Assembly: GCA_050298055.1 (NCBI GenBank)
Contig: JBNKTL010000009.1
Span: 32,001-96,000, forward strand
Length of the DNA: 64,000 nt
Direction: 5' to 3'
Source: Spirochaetota bacterium
Lineage (GTDB): Bacteria > Spirochaetota > UBA4802 > UBA5550
Part shown: positions 9,213-20,019 of the stretch, in pieces
Layout of the letters: every line of letters begins with the position of its first letter
How positions within the stretch are numbered: position 1 is the stretch's first letter
The notes under the pieces: model-generated
Database searches by the model: none
The model's input: the letters and a program-made list of their open reading frames with translations, nothing else
Told to the model about the DNA's origin: nothing
Position numbers and translations under genes: made by a program

Positions 9213-11608
9213 CAGATCAAAAAAGTAATAATATAATGAATATAAAACAGAGTATTCTCATTGTTGAGGACTCCTATTCAACATACCTCTTTTTAAAGGT
9301 CCTGCTGGAAGAAAATAACTATCATGTCTTTAAGTGCGTAAGCGCCGGTGAAGACGTCTACGATTTTGTAAAGGAGAACCGGCCCGATTATATCCTCATG
9401 GATATTCTTCTTGAGAAGAAAATGGACGGTATCACTGCCGCCCGGCTGGTCCTGAAGGATTATGACATACCTGTTATATTTGTCACGGCAAATACCGATG
9501 ATACAAACCTGAACAATGCCGTATTGACTGCCCCATACGGTTTTATCGTAAAACCGATCAATGAGAAAGAACTCCTTACGGTTATCAAGACGGCGGAATA
9601 CAGGTTCAAAATTAAAAGAGAGCTTATTGAAAAGGAGAGAAAGTACCGGTCCCTCTTTGAAAACATGTATGATGCCTTTATTTACCTGAAACTTGAGAGG
9701 AGTGAGTCACACGGCGAGAATGATTTTATTATCCTGGAAGTTAACGAGGCCTTTAAAAAGATGTTTCAGATCAAATCGGCCGATGTTCTTGGCCATAATG
9801 TCAGAGAAATCTATCCTGAAATAGAGACTCTTTATCCGGACTGGAGAAATGTTCTTTCAAAGATAGCAATAAACAATGAGTCATTAAAAACGAGCGCCTA
9901 TATAGACGGTCTGAGCAGGTGGTTTAACTTCTCACTCTATTGTCCGAAACAGGATTTTATCTCAATTATATTCGAAGATATTACGGAAAGAGTATTGATT
10001 GAGAATTCCCTGAAAGAAAATGAAGAGAAATTCCGGTCAATTACCACAACAGCAAATGATGCCATTGTTATGATGGATGATGAAGGCCGGGTAAGGTTCT
10101 GGAACAGATCGGCGGAGAAGATATTCGGATATACGGAGGGTGAAGTCATGGGCAGGAGCCTGCATGACGTCATTATTTTCGGTAAAAATATTCAGGGACA
10201 TCTTGACGGCTTGGATAAATGGAGGACTTCAGGCAAAGGTGAAAATATTGGGAAAACCGTAACGATGCCGGCCGTCAGGAAGGACGGTAGGGACCTCTAT
10301 GTGGAACTCTCTTTATCATCTGTTATGCTGAAAAAGAGATGGAACGCCATGGCAATTATCCGTGACATTACCGAGAGGAAGGAAACAGAGGAGAAGCTGA
10401 GTAAAGCCCATAACGAGATTAAAAGCCTGCTCCGATCGATAGATTCCCTGATCATCGGGGTTTCGTTGAATGACAGGATAACACACTGGAACAAGGTGGC
10501 TGAAAAGCTGTTTGACCTGAAAAGTGAAAAAACTATTGGATTAAAAATGTCCGAAATTCCCATTAATTGGGACTGGGACAGGATTTTCGAAGGCATCAGC
10601 AGCAGTATTGTTTATAATAAACCGGTGATGGCAGCCGATATTAAATATGAATCCCGGGATAAAACCAGCAGGTACCTCGATATTTCTATTAATCCCACAA
10701 AGGACCCCGACGGAATTTTTAACGGGTTCATCCTTTACGGCAATGATATTACCGAAAGAAAAACAATGAACATGCAGCTCCTGCAGGACCAGAAGCTCAA
10801 ATCTATCGGTGAACTTGCCGCCGGGATTGCCCATGAAATAAAGACTCCCACCCAGTATCTCAATGACAATATGATATTTCTCAATGAAGCGCTCAGTAAA
10901 TTGAAATGCTTCTATGATGAAACCAGGGATGTGATCGAAAAATCAAAAAAGAACAACCCGGGTTTCGGGGAACTGCGGGAACTGTTAAAACTGGAAAATA
11001 TCATTAAAGAAAACGACCTGGACTATTTGATGGATGAAGCTCCCGTTGCCATTAACCAGTCAATGGAGGGGATAAAAAGGATTTCAAAAATTGTGAATTC
11101 AATGAAGAGCTTCTCTCATCCCGGTATTGAGAATAAGGTCCCCCAGGACCTGAACAAGGCCATTAATGATACTATCATAATATCCAGGAATGAATGGAAG
11201 TATCATTCGGACATTGAAACCGACCTTGATGAGCGGATCAATGAGATATACTGCTATCCCGCGGAACTGAACCAGGTCCTGCTGAATATTATTGTCAACG
11301 CGTCACAGGCCATCGGTGAGGCAATTGAAAATCAGAGCATTGAGAGGGGTAAAATAAATATTTCCACAAAGAAGATAAACGGGAGAATTGAGATTATAAT
11401 CAAAGACAACGGTCCCGGTATACCCGAGGAGATAAAAGAGAAGATCTTTACGCCTTTTTTTACCACGAAAGAGATTGGCAAAGGAACGGGACAGGGCCTT
11501 GCTATTGCCCATTCGGTTATTGTCAATAAGCATAACGGGAAAATCAACGTAAAGTCAGAACCGGGGAAATGGACCGAATTCATTATCTCACTTCCGGCCG
11601 GGAAATAA
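9209..11608 (+). CDS. Receiver-triple PAS histidine kinase (NtrB-like)
   Basis: REC, three PAS repeats, GELAAGIAHEIKTP, PFFTTKEIGKGTGQGL. Confidence 0.92.
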   Translation: MTDQKSNNIMNIKQSILIVEDSYSTYLFLKVLLEENNYHVFKCVSAGEDVYDFVKENRPDYILMDILLEKKMDGITAARLVLKDYDIPVIFVTANTDDTNLNNAVLTAPYGFIVKPINEKELLTVIKTAEYRFKIKRELIEKERKYRSLFENMYDAFIYLKLERSESHGENDFIILEVNEAFKKMFQIKSADVLGHNVREIYPEIETLYPDWRNVLSKIAINNESLKTSAYIDGLSRWFNFSLYCPKQDFISIIFEDITERVLIENSLKENEEKFRSITTTANDAIVMMDDEGRVRFWNRSAEKIFGYTEGEVMGRSLHDVIIFGKNIQGHLDGLDKWRTSGKGENIGKTVTMPAVRKDGRDLYVELSLSSVMLKKRWNAMAIIRDITERKETEEKLSKAHNEIKSLLRSIDSLIIGVSLNDRITHWNKVAEKLFDLKSEKTIGLKMSEIPINWDWDRIFEGISSSIVYNKPVMAADIKYESRDKTSRYLDISINPTKDPDGIFNGFILYGNDITERKTMNMQLLQDQKLKSIGELAAGIAHEIKTPTQYLNDNMIFLNEALSKLKCFYDETRDVIEKSKKNNPGFGELRELLKLENIIKENDLDYLMDEAPVAINQSMEGIKRISKIVNSMKSFSHPGIENKVPQDLNKAINDTIIISRNEWKYHSDIETDLDERINEIYCYPAELNQVLLNIIVNASQAIGEAIENQSIERGKINISTKKINGRIEIIIKDNGPGIPEEIKEKIFTPFFTTKEIGKGTGQGLAIAHSVIVNKHNGKINVKSEPGKWTEFIISLPAGK

Positions 11609-11611
11609 AAT

Positions 11612-13033
11612 ATGGAAATAAAAAGTCTTCGCAAAAGAATTTATCTGCCGGTTTTATTTCTTTCCCTTGTCCTGATTAGTGTCTCAACAATAAGTATAAA
11701 TTTCATTTCCGGCTATCCGTCAAACGGAGTTAAAGCAACGTATATTCTCCTGATTGTTCTTGTGTCGGCTTTCCTGCTTCTGTTCTTCTGGAAATATTGC
11801 GGGAAGATCGAAAATGAAATATACGGCACACAGGGCATGAATGAATCAATTTTATCCGCAGTAACAAACCCGATGATGCTTATTGATGTTGATTATATGG
11901 TCATGAACTTCAACAGGTATGCTGAAGAATTGTTAGAAACGGGACCCGCAGGTATCAATGAGAAAAACCTGTTTGAAAGGGATATTCCCTGGGATGCCGG
12001 GAAAGTCCATGAGATTCTCGAAGCAACAAAAAAATCTCACAAACCCTTAAAGGGCCATGAGATTGTTTTCAGTAAAGACAGAACCATGGGGATATCGGTC
12101 TATCCCATTAATGATTCTCAGGGAAAGATATCAGGTTTCATATTAATGGGTTCGGATATTACCGAGAAGAAAAAATATGAAAACAAGAAAAATATTGAAC
12201 AAAAACTTGTCTCCCTGGGAGAACTCTCCGCGGGAGTGGCCCATGAGATCAACACACCGTCCCAGTATATCATCAGCAACCTCGATTTTCTTAAAAGATC
12301 CATGGAAGATGTCCGGGACCTCTATAAAAAACTGGTGACTTTCCTCAACTGCTATAAATCCGGGAATATCCTGAAAAAAAAACAGCTGAATGGTCTTTCC
12401 GAATATATCAGTACAAAAGAAATTGATTATCTCTTCAGTGAAATTCCGGGGGCCATAAACCAGTCCCTTGAAGGGATGGACCGCATAACAAAAATCGTAA
12501 AATCCATGAAAAGCCTTGCCCGGCATGACGGGGGGGAAAAAATTCAGGTCAATATAAATGAGATGATTGAAGATGTCATCACAATATCGAGGAACGAATG
12601 GAAATATTCCGCCCAATTAAAATCTGACCTGGATTATAATCTTCAGGAAATAGTCTGCAATCCCGTAGAGATAAACCAGGTCATATTGGAACTGATAATG
12701 AATTCAACTTACGCCATATCGCAAAAAATAAAAACCGGGACTTATGAGAAGGGTGTGATTGAGATCTCCACTTGCAGGGAAGACGGCATGGCAATGATAA
12801 CGGTCAAGGATGACGGGACGGGAATACCGGATGAGGTAAAAAACAGGGTCTTTGATCCCTTTTTTACAACAAGGGATGTAGGAGAAGGAACAGGCAGCGG
12901 TCTTTCATATGTCTATACAGCTGTCGTGAGAAGTCATGGAGGATCAATTGACATCAATTCCGGTGAAAAGGGCGGAACTGAATTTATAATAAGACTGCCT
13001 GTGTCAGGAGAAATTAAAGATAATGAGCAATGA
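11612..13033 (+). CDS. Membrane-anchored PAS histidine kinase (NtrB-like)
   Basis: Two closely spaced TMs, PAS, GELSAGVAHEINTP, PFFTTRDVGEGTGSGL. Confidence 0.9.
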   Translation: MEIKSLRKRIYLPVLFLSLVLISVSTISINFISGYPSNGVKATYILLIVLVSAFLLLFFWKYCGKIENEIYGTQGMNESILSAVTNPMMLIDVDYMVMNFNRYAEELLETGPAGINEKNLFERDIPWDAGKVHEILEATKKSHKPLKGHEIVFSKDRTMGISVYPINDSQGKISGFILMGSDITEKKKYENKKNIEQKLVSLGELSAGVAHEINTPSQYIISNLDFLKRSMEDVRDLYKKLVTFLNCYKSGNILKKKQLNGLSEYISTKEIDYLFSEIPGAINQSLEGMDRITKIVKSMKSLARHDGGEKIQVNINEMIEDVITISRNEWKYSAQLKSDLDYNLQEIVCNPVEINQVILELIMNSTYAISQKIKTGTYEKGVIEISTCREDGMAMITVKDDGTGIPDEVKNRVFDPFFTTRDVGEGTGSGLSYVYTAVVRSHGGSIDINSGEKGGTEFIIRLPVSGEIKDNEQ

Positions 13034-13149
13034 TTATTGTTCGGACAGTTCCGGTGTTTTATTTATTTTCGGTGAGCAAAACCCAAATATCGTTCATCCC
13101 CCGTCGATGGTGGCGGGGCCGGTTATAATAATTATTATTCAGAGAGGGC

Positions 13150-13260
13150 TAATATTTTATTTATTTCTGGGAAGCAATGTATAAATATCTTTCTTCCCCC
13201 GCCTTCGGCGGGGGAAGAACCCATTATTTGAATTATTATTCGGGAAAAAATTAATTAATA
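13150..13260. repeat. Short-palindrome intergenic repeat (type 2), copy 1
   Basis: ttcttcccccgcc-ttc-ggcgggggaagaa (13191-13219) with AT-rich flanks (aatatt...aatgt; ttattc...aaattaattaat) resembling 49948-50052. Confidence 0.55.
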
Positions 13261-13296
13261 CTTGTTGTTACTAAAAATATCCGTAAAATATTAATT

Positions 13297-13650
13297 ATGA
13301 AAAAGAAAATATTATTTGTGGATGACGAAAGAAACCTTCTGGACAGCTTAAAGAGGAGCCTGAGGAGCTTCGCAGGTGAATGGTCCATGGAATTTACAGA
13401 CTCCGGTGAGAAGGCAATGAACCTCATGGAGAGGGAAAAGTTCGATATAATCGTATCGGATTACAAGATGCCCGGGATGGACGGACTTGAACTACTGAAA
13501 ATCGTAAAGGAAAACCATCCGGGCACAAAGAGAATTCTGCTTACAGGACAGTCGGATTCTGAAATTTATGACATATCAAAGGAAATCGTAGATCAGTATT
13601 TATCCAAACCCTGTGATCATGATGAACTGGTTTCTTTATTAAAAGAATAA
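13297..13650 (+). CDS. Single-domain response regulator
   Basis: FVDDE, SDYKMPGMDG, RILLTG, LSKPC. Confidence 0.9.
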   Translation: MKKKILFVDDERNLLDSLKRSLRSFAGEWSMEFTDSGEKAMNLMEREKFDIIVSDYKMPGMDGLELLKIVKENHPGTKRILLTGQSDSEIYDISKEIVDQYLSKPCDHDELVSLLKE

Positions 13651-13652
13651 AT

Positions 13653-13784
13653 GTAACTACTTAGCTGTATGGATAAAAAAACCTGTTTACTAAAATATCA
13701 GCAAGATGTCCCCGCCGCTTTCGGCGGCGGGGACATCTCAGTTCTGTTTTTTAATGAATATGATTATCCTTACACATACTGGAG
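13653..13784. mobile_element. Copy B of ~135 bp palindromic MITE-like repeat
   Basis: gtaactacttagctgtatgg ... agatgtccccgccgc-tttcg-gcggcggggacatct (13704-13738) ... cagttctgttttttaatgaatatgattat; colinear with the reverse complement of 56206-56342. Confidence 0.85.
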
Positions 13785-13802
13785 AATAAAAGGGGAACAT
13801 CC

Positions 13803-14957
13803 ATGACTGACAAGATCTTAATTGTTGATGACGAAGAAAACATTCTCTCAAGTATCAGAAGGCAGTTACGGGGGAAATATGATCTGACTACGGCAGTGTC
13901 CGGCAGGGCCGCGTTAAAAATTCTGGATGCTTCAAAAAAATTTTCCGTTGTCATGTCAGACTACAAGATGCCGGAGATGAACGGCGCCCAGCTGCTGGCT
14001 GAAGTAAAGACAAGGGCTCCCGATACCGTGAGGATGATGCTCACCGGCCAGGCGGATATGGAAGCCGTGGTAAATGTCATTAATGAAGGGAGTATCTTCA
14101 GGTTTCTTACAAAGCCCTGTCCATCGGAACTCCTGGTAAAGAACATCGATGAAGGCATCAGGCAGTTTAAACTCATCAACGCGGAAAAGGAGCTCCTTTC
14201 AAAAACACTGAGCGGGAGCCTCCAGGTCATGACGGATATCCTGGTGCTGGCAAAACCGCAGGCCTTTAACAGAAGTCTCCGGGTGAAGGAAATTGCGAAA
14301 AAAATGTTAAAACAGATGAAAATTGAAGCGGCATGGCAGATAGAGATAGCCGCGATGATCTCACAGATAGGATGTGTCACGGTACCGGACTCTATCCTCA
14401 ACAAGGTTTACAAGGACCTCAACATTTCCCATGAGGACAGGGTCATGTACCAGCTCCATACCCAGACAAGCAGCGAGATCATTTCAAAGATCCCGAGAAT
14501 GGAGAATGTGGCGCAGATAATAGCCTACCAGGAAAAATATTATAACGGGACCGGTTTCCCCAGCGACGGGGTCAGGGGAGAGGACCTTCCCCTGGGATCA
14601 CGGATACTCAGGATAGCCATGGACTATGACAACCTTATGCAAGCCAACATAAGCAGTGAAGAAGCCATTGAAAAAATCAAGGAGAGAAACGGGTGGTACG
14701 ACAGAAAACTTGTGGAGGTCCTGGAAAAATCACTTACAAAGACCGGCAGCAGGAAGAAATTTTCGATCATGGATATTTCGCTGAAAGAGTTGACCGAAGA
14801 GATGTACCTTTCAGAGGAAATTGTAACCGCATCGGGAGTCATTCTGGGGGGCAGAAACCAGAGAGTCACAAAAACCATGATCGTAACACTGGATAACTAT
14901 CACAAAAACGGAGAGATAACGGACAGGGTAAGTGTTTTGAAATATGTTGATGAATAA
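13803..14957 (+). CDS. Response regulator with degenerate HD-GYP-like (HD_5) output domain
   Basis: REC (VDDE, SDYKMP, RMMLTG, FLTKPC); SQIGC in place of HDIGK; YQEKYYNGTGFP in place of HHExxDGxGYP. Confidence 0.88.
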   Translation: MTDKILIVDDEENILSSIRRQLRGKYDLTTAVSGRAALKILDASKKFSVVMSDYKMPEMNGAQLLAEVKTRAPDTVRMMLTGQADMEAVVNVINEGSIFRFLTKPCPSELLVKNIDEGIRQFKLINAEKELLSKTLSGSLQVMTDILVLAKPQAFNRSLRVKEIAKKMLKQMKIEAAWQIEIAAMISQIGCVTVPDSILNKVYKDLNISHEDRVMYQLHTQTSSEIISKIPRMENVAQIIAYQEKYYNGTGFPSDGVRGEDLPLGSRILRIAMDYDNLMQANISSEEAIEKIKERNGWYDRKLVEVLEKSLTKTGSRKKFSIMDISLKELTEEMYLSEEIVTASGVILGGRNQRVTKTMIVTLDNYHKNGEITDRVSVLKYVDE

Positions 14958-14970
14958 ATTTAAAAGAGAG

Positions 14971-15011
14971 AAATATAATAGCCCCGGGTTTAACCCGGGG
15001 CTATTATATTT
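14971..15011. terminator. Bidirectional intrinsic terminator between the signalling cluster and the tRNA pair
   Basis: Perfect inverted repeat aaatataatagccccgggtt-t-aacccggggctattatattt between convergent genes. Confidence 0.8.
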
Positions 15012-15017
15012 ACGATG

Positions 15018-15090
<73 letters not shown>

Positions 15091-15119
15091 AAACAAGAAA
15101 GGATGTCTGGCATCCTTAT

Positions 15120-15192
15120 TGAGCCGCCTGGGACTCGAACCCAGGGCCCACGGCTTAAAAGGCCGTTGCTCTACCAACTGAGCTAGCGGCTC
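15120..15192 (-). tRNA. tRNA-Lys(TTT), CCA not encoded
   Basis: GAGCCGCTAGCTCAGTTGGTAGAGCAACGGCCTTTTAAGCCGTGGGCCCTGGGTTCGAGTCCCAGGCGGCTCA; anticodon TTT. Confidence 0.96.
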
Positions 15193-15289
15193 ACATATTT
15201 CTTAAAAAGAGTATTCACTCCCGTCTCAAAATATGGAATTACCAATTACTGAAAGGTCGCCGGACTGTCAATAAAAATACTGAAAAAAC

Positions 15290-16603
<1,314 letters not shown>

Positions 16604-16825
16604 TTAAAATAACAAGCTTTTTTCTCCAAATATCAATGGGATACACGACATAATGAAAGAAATTAATTTTTCACCGGCTAAATTGTCAAGAGAGTGAAAC
16701 CGATATGTAGATTAAGGGTATTTTCAGCTTTTTTTTAAGGGAGCTTCTCAATCTGTTTAAAGCTCCTGTGAGGAGAGGGACAGATGTCCTCTCAGATAAA
16801 TAAAAAACCTGGTAAGTCATAATTA

Positions 16826-17686
16826 ATGAATGTAAGAGAAAAAAAAACATTTTTGGCGCTCATTTTCCTTCTTCTTGTTTTTTCCGGGGAACTGAGAGGA
16901 GAAGAGGGAACAGGAACTGTTTCCCGGAGGGACCGTTTGGCCTATCGTTCTGCGCATTCAAAGGGACACAGGACCTCTTACAGAAGCTACGAAGATTACA
17001 TACCAGAAAGAAGAAAGAGGAATAATAAAAAGTATAAAGATACCGGTAAGTCCCGTAAAAGGGGGCATGCGGTTGTCAAAAAAACTGGAAGACCCGCAGG
17101 GAACCGGAACTATGAACACTACCGTGTAAAAAGAGGCGATACCCTCTACAGAATATCAAGAAAATTCAGTGTCCCGGTAAAGGAGATCAGTAAAGCGAAC
17201 GGGCTGAAAAGCAGGAACAGCATCAGGAGAGGCATGGTCCTGAAAATCCCTGTTTGTACCAAATCACGGGAAAACAGAATATCCGAAAAAACAGGAAACA
17301 GAAAAAAAGACAGGAGGCCCGGGGCGCCTGCCTTTAAATGGCCGTTGAACAGGATCACAAATTATTCCCGGGACGGTAAAAACGGAGTAAAATCCATAGG
17401 GATCCTCATAAAGAGCAGGCCCGGCTCAAAGGTTGTTTCATCCGCGGGAGGGATTGTAAAGAGAATCGGAAAGATGAGAGGATACGGGACCTATGTTGTG
17501 GTCATGCATAAGAACAGGTATGTAACCGTCTATTCCAAGCTGGGCAGTGTCAGTGTGCATGAAGGAAAAAATATCAAAAAAGGCGATATTATCGGGTATC
17601 TTGACGGAAACCGGACCCTGCATTTCCAGATCAGCCAGGAGGGGAAGTCTTTGAATCCGCTTAAATACCTGAACAACAGGTCTTAA
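16826..17686 (+). CDS. LysM + M23-family (NlpD-like) peptidoglycan hydrolase activator
   Basis: Signal peptide, YRVKRGDTLYRIS LysM, FKWP...GYGTYVVVMH...LHFQI; the HxxxD zinc motif is degenerate. Confidence 0.85.
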   Translation: MNVREKKTFLALIFLLLVFSGELRGEEGTGTVSRRDRLAYRSAHSKGHRTSYRSYEDYIPERRKRNNKKYKDTGKSRKRGHAVVKKTGRPAGNRNYEHYRVKRGDTLYRISRKFSVPVKEISKANGLKSRNSIRRGMVLKIPVCTKSRENRISEKTGNRKKDRRPGAPAFKWPLNRITNYSRDGKNGVKSIGILIKSRPGSKVVSSAGGIVKRIGKMRGYGTYVVVMHKNRYVTVYSKLGSVSVHEGKNIKKGDIIGYLDGNRTLHFQISQEGKSLNPLKYLNNRS

Positions 17687-17869
17687 GGATCAGCAAAAGA
17701 ACATTATTATATCCTAAAATACTAAATTTAAGTAACTCCTTTCATATTCCCGGTACATAAAAAAGTATTGATTTTCTGTTGATAAAATAATCACCTGCTG
17801 AATGCTGCAAAGGGTCAGAGCAAAGATAAAAACTCAGAAGATCAGCTCCATTACGTAAGAAGAGAGAGT

Positions 17870-19765
17870 TTGATGAAAATAAAAACAACCGGTTCAATTA
17901 TCCTTATCGTTTCACTCATATCAGCTTCGGCATGTTCTGATAATAAAAACAATGTCTACAGGGTCACTCCCCTGAAAAAAGAGATTAAAGCAGTACCCGG
18001 CAGCAGTTCCTTTGCGGTGCTTAAACTGGCCGTTCCGGAAAAATATCATGTTTATGGAAATCCCAAGGGTCCGGGTATCGGAAAGGCCACAAGTGTAATC
18101 GTAGAGTCAGACAAAAGCATCATTTTCCAGGACGCGCGGTATCTTCCGCCGGTGAAACACAGGGCAGAGGGTGATAAAGACTTTACCTGGGTCTATGAGA
18201 AGGATACAACAATCTTTCTCCCTTTTGCCGTCCGGAAAAATATACGGAAAGGGAACTATCCTGTAAATGCCAGGGTGGATGCGCTTCTCTGCGACAGCAA
18301 CTCATGTTTGCCCAGAGTCATTGATGTTAAGTTCACTATTGTGATTACATCTGAAAACAGTTCCTATTCCTCCGAAACAAACAGCCTCTATAAACTCTCC
18401 CGGGCACCGGGAGGGAACAGGCGGGACATGCGTCCGTCAGAGGCCGGGCCTCTCCCCGGGTTGAAGAGCGGGGAGACCTTCAGGGGGACCGTTTTTACTC
18501 CCGAAATTATTGAATCAACCAGTGTCGCGGGGATACTACAGGCTGTAATCTTTGGCCTCATCGCGGGATTCATCCTGAACTTTATGCCCTGCGTGCTTCC
18601 TGTTGTGAGCCTGAAAATCATGGGTTTTGTCCAGCACGCGGGAAAGGAGAGGAAAGAACTTACCCGGCTGGGGCTCCTCTTCGCGCTGGGAATTCTTGTG
18701 AGCTTCGCGGTCCTTGCGGCCCTTGCGGCGTTTCTCGGGTATAGCTGGGGGGACCTCTTTCAGCACGAGCTGTTTATTGTAGCCCTGACGGCAATCGTTT
18801 TTGCCCTGGCCCTCTCAATGTTCGATATCTTTACCATTCATCCCCCTTCATTCCTGGGAAAAGCCGGTTCCGGAATGAAGAACCAGTACACTGACGCTTT
18901 CACCAAGGGGCTTCTTGCCACGCTCCTTGCAACACCCTGCAGCGGCCCCTTTCTGGGCGGGACCCTTGCCTGGGCGCTGAGTCAGCCCCCGCTGACCATT
19001 TTCCTGATATTCATTAGTGTGGGGACAGGAATGGCCCTTCCCTACCTGGCGCTTTCGCTCAATCCCGCTTTTATCAGGTTTATCCCAAAACCGGGTGAGT
19101 GGACCAGGACTTTTGAGAACGTTATGGGGTTCTTTCTCATTTTTACCGTTGTTTACCTCCTTAACATTCTGAAACCGGAATCGTTCATGCCCATGATAAC
19201 ATTTCTTGCCTTCATTGCCCTGGGCTTCTGGCAGTACGGGAGGTACGGTTCCCTTGATAAAAAAAAGCCGGTGAGAAGATTCTCGTTCCTTCTCCTCCTG
19301 GTCCTTCTTGTTACCGGGTACCTGTTTTCATTTAAATATATCTTTTCCGAACCGGTTGAAAAACTGGTTAATTACAATATTTTCAGCATTCACGATCTGA
19401 AAAAGAACAGGGACGCGGGCAGGATATCAATGGTAAAATTTACCGCCGACTGGTGTCCCAACTGCAAACTCGTGGAAAAGGTCTCCCTGGAAACGGGAAA
19501 GGTGGCGGAGAAAATCAGCAGCTACAATATCGATCTCATGGCTGCCGATATTACCCACAGCAATCCCCCGGCGAAGGAGCTGCTCTTAAAGTTGAAAAGC
19601 CGTTCCATTCCCTTTCTTGCTGTTTTTCCGGGAGGGAAGGGGTTCTCCAGCCCGGTCTGTCTCCGGGATATCTACTCGGAGGATGATGTCCTGAAGGCAA
19701 TTGAAAAAGCCCGGGAAAAAACATCCGGAGGGGTCAGAGCAAAATTCAGGATAAAAAACAATTAA
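17870..19765 (+). CDS. dsbD: Thiol:disulfide interchange protein DsbD (alpha-beta-gamma)
   Basis: LCDSNSCLP (alpha), NFMPCVLPV and ATPCSGPFLG (TM beta), FTADWCPNC (thioredoxin gamma). Confidence 0.9.
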   Translation: MMKIKTTGSIILIVSLISASACSDNKNNVYRVTPLKKEIKAVPGSSSFAVLKLAVPEKYHVYGNPKGPGIGKATSVIVESDKSIIFQDARYLPPVKHRAEGDKDFTWVYEKDTTIFLPFAVRKNIRKGNYPVNARVDALLCDSNSCLPRVIDVKFTIVITSENSSYSSETNSLYKLSRAPGGNRRDMRPSEAGPLPGLKSGETFRGTVFTPEIIESTSVAGILQAVIFGLIAGFILNFMPCVLPVVSLKIMGFVQHAGKERKELTRLGLLFALGILVSFAVLAALAAFLGYSWGDLFQHELFIVALTAIVFALALSMFDIFTIHPPSFLGKAGSGMKNQYTDAFTKGLLATLLATPCSGPFLGGTLAWALSQPPLTIFLIFISVGTGMALPYLALSLNPAFIRFIPKPGEWTRTFENVMGFFLIFTVVYLLNILKPESFMPMITFLAFIALGFWQYGRYGSLDKKKPVRRFSFLLLLVLLVTGYLFSFKYIFSEPVEKLVNYNIFSIHDLKKNRDAGRISMVKFTADWCPNCKLVEKVSLETGKVAEKISSYNIDLMAADITHSNPPAKELLLKLKSRSIPFLAVFPGGKGFSSPVCLRDIYSEDDVLKAIEKAREKTSGGVRAKFRIKNN

Positions 19766-19854
19766 AGTTCTTGCAAAATTATGTTTTCTCCTGTTTATAA
19801 GCAGGTAAGAGAAAAACTGAATAATTTGATTCAACAAAAGCGGAGGTTTTCCCT

Positions 19855-20013
19855 ATGGACAAATACATCTGTAACGTTTGCGGGTATATCTATGATCCCG
19901 AAGTCGGCGACCCCGACGGGGGCATCGCGGCGGGGACAAAGTTTGAGGATATCCCCGACGACTGGTCCTGCCCCGTATGCGGCGCATCAAAGGGCGATTT
20001 TGAAAAGATGTAA
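19855..20013 (+). CDS. Rubredoxin (52 aa; below ORF-track cutoff)
   Basis: [52 protein letters not shown]; two CxxCG motifs; GGAGG RBS. Confidence 0.97.
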   Translation: MDKYICNVCGYIYDPEVGDPDGGIAAGTKFEDIPDDWSCPVCGASKGDFEKM

Positions 20014-20019
20014 TACCGC

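Noticed and set aside
16738..16796. Two small hairpins in the purA/LysM divergent spacer
   Set aside because: Short stems with no match to an RNA family I recognise.
17732..17854. Possible further decayed MITE copy (gtaactc ... cagctccattac)
   Set aside because: No central palindrome, and the similarity is too weak to call by eye.
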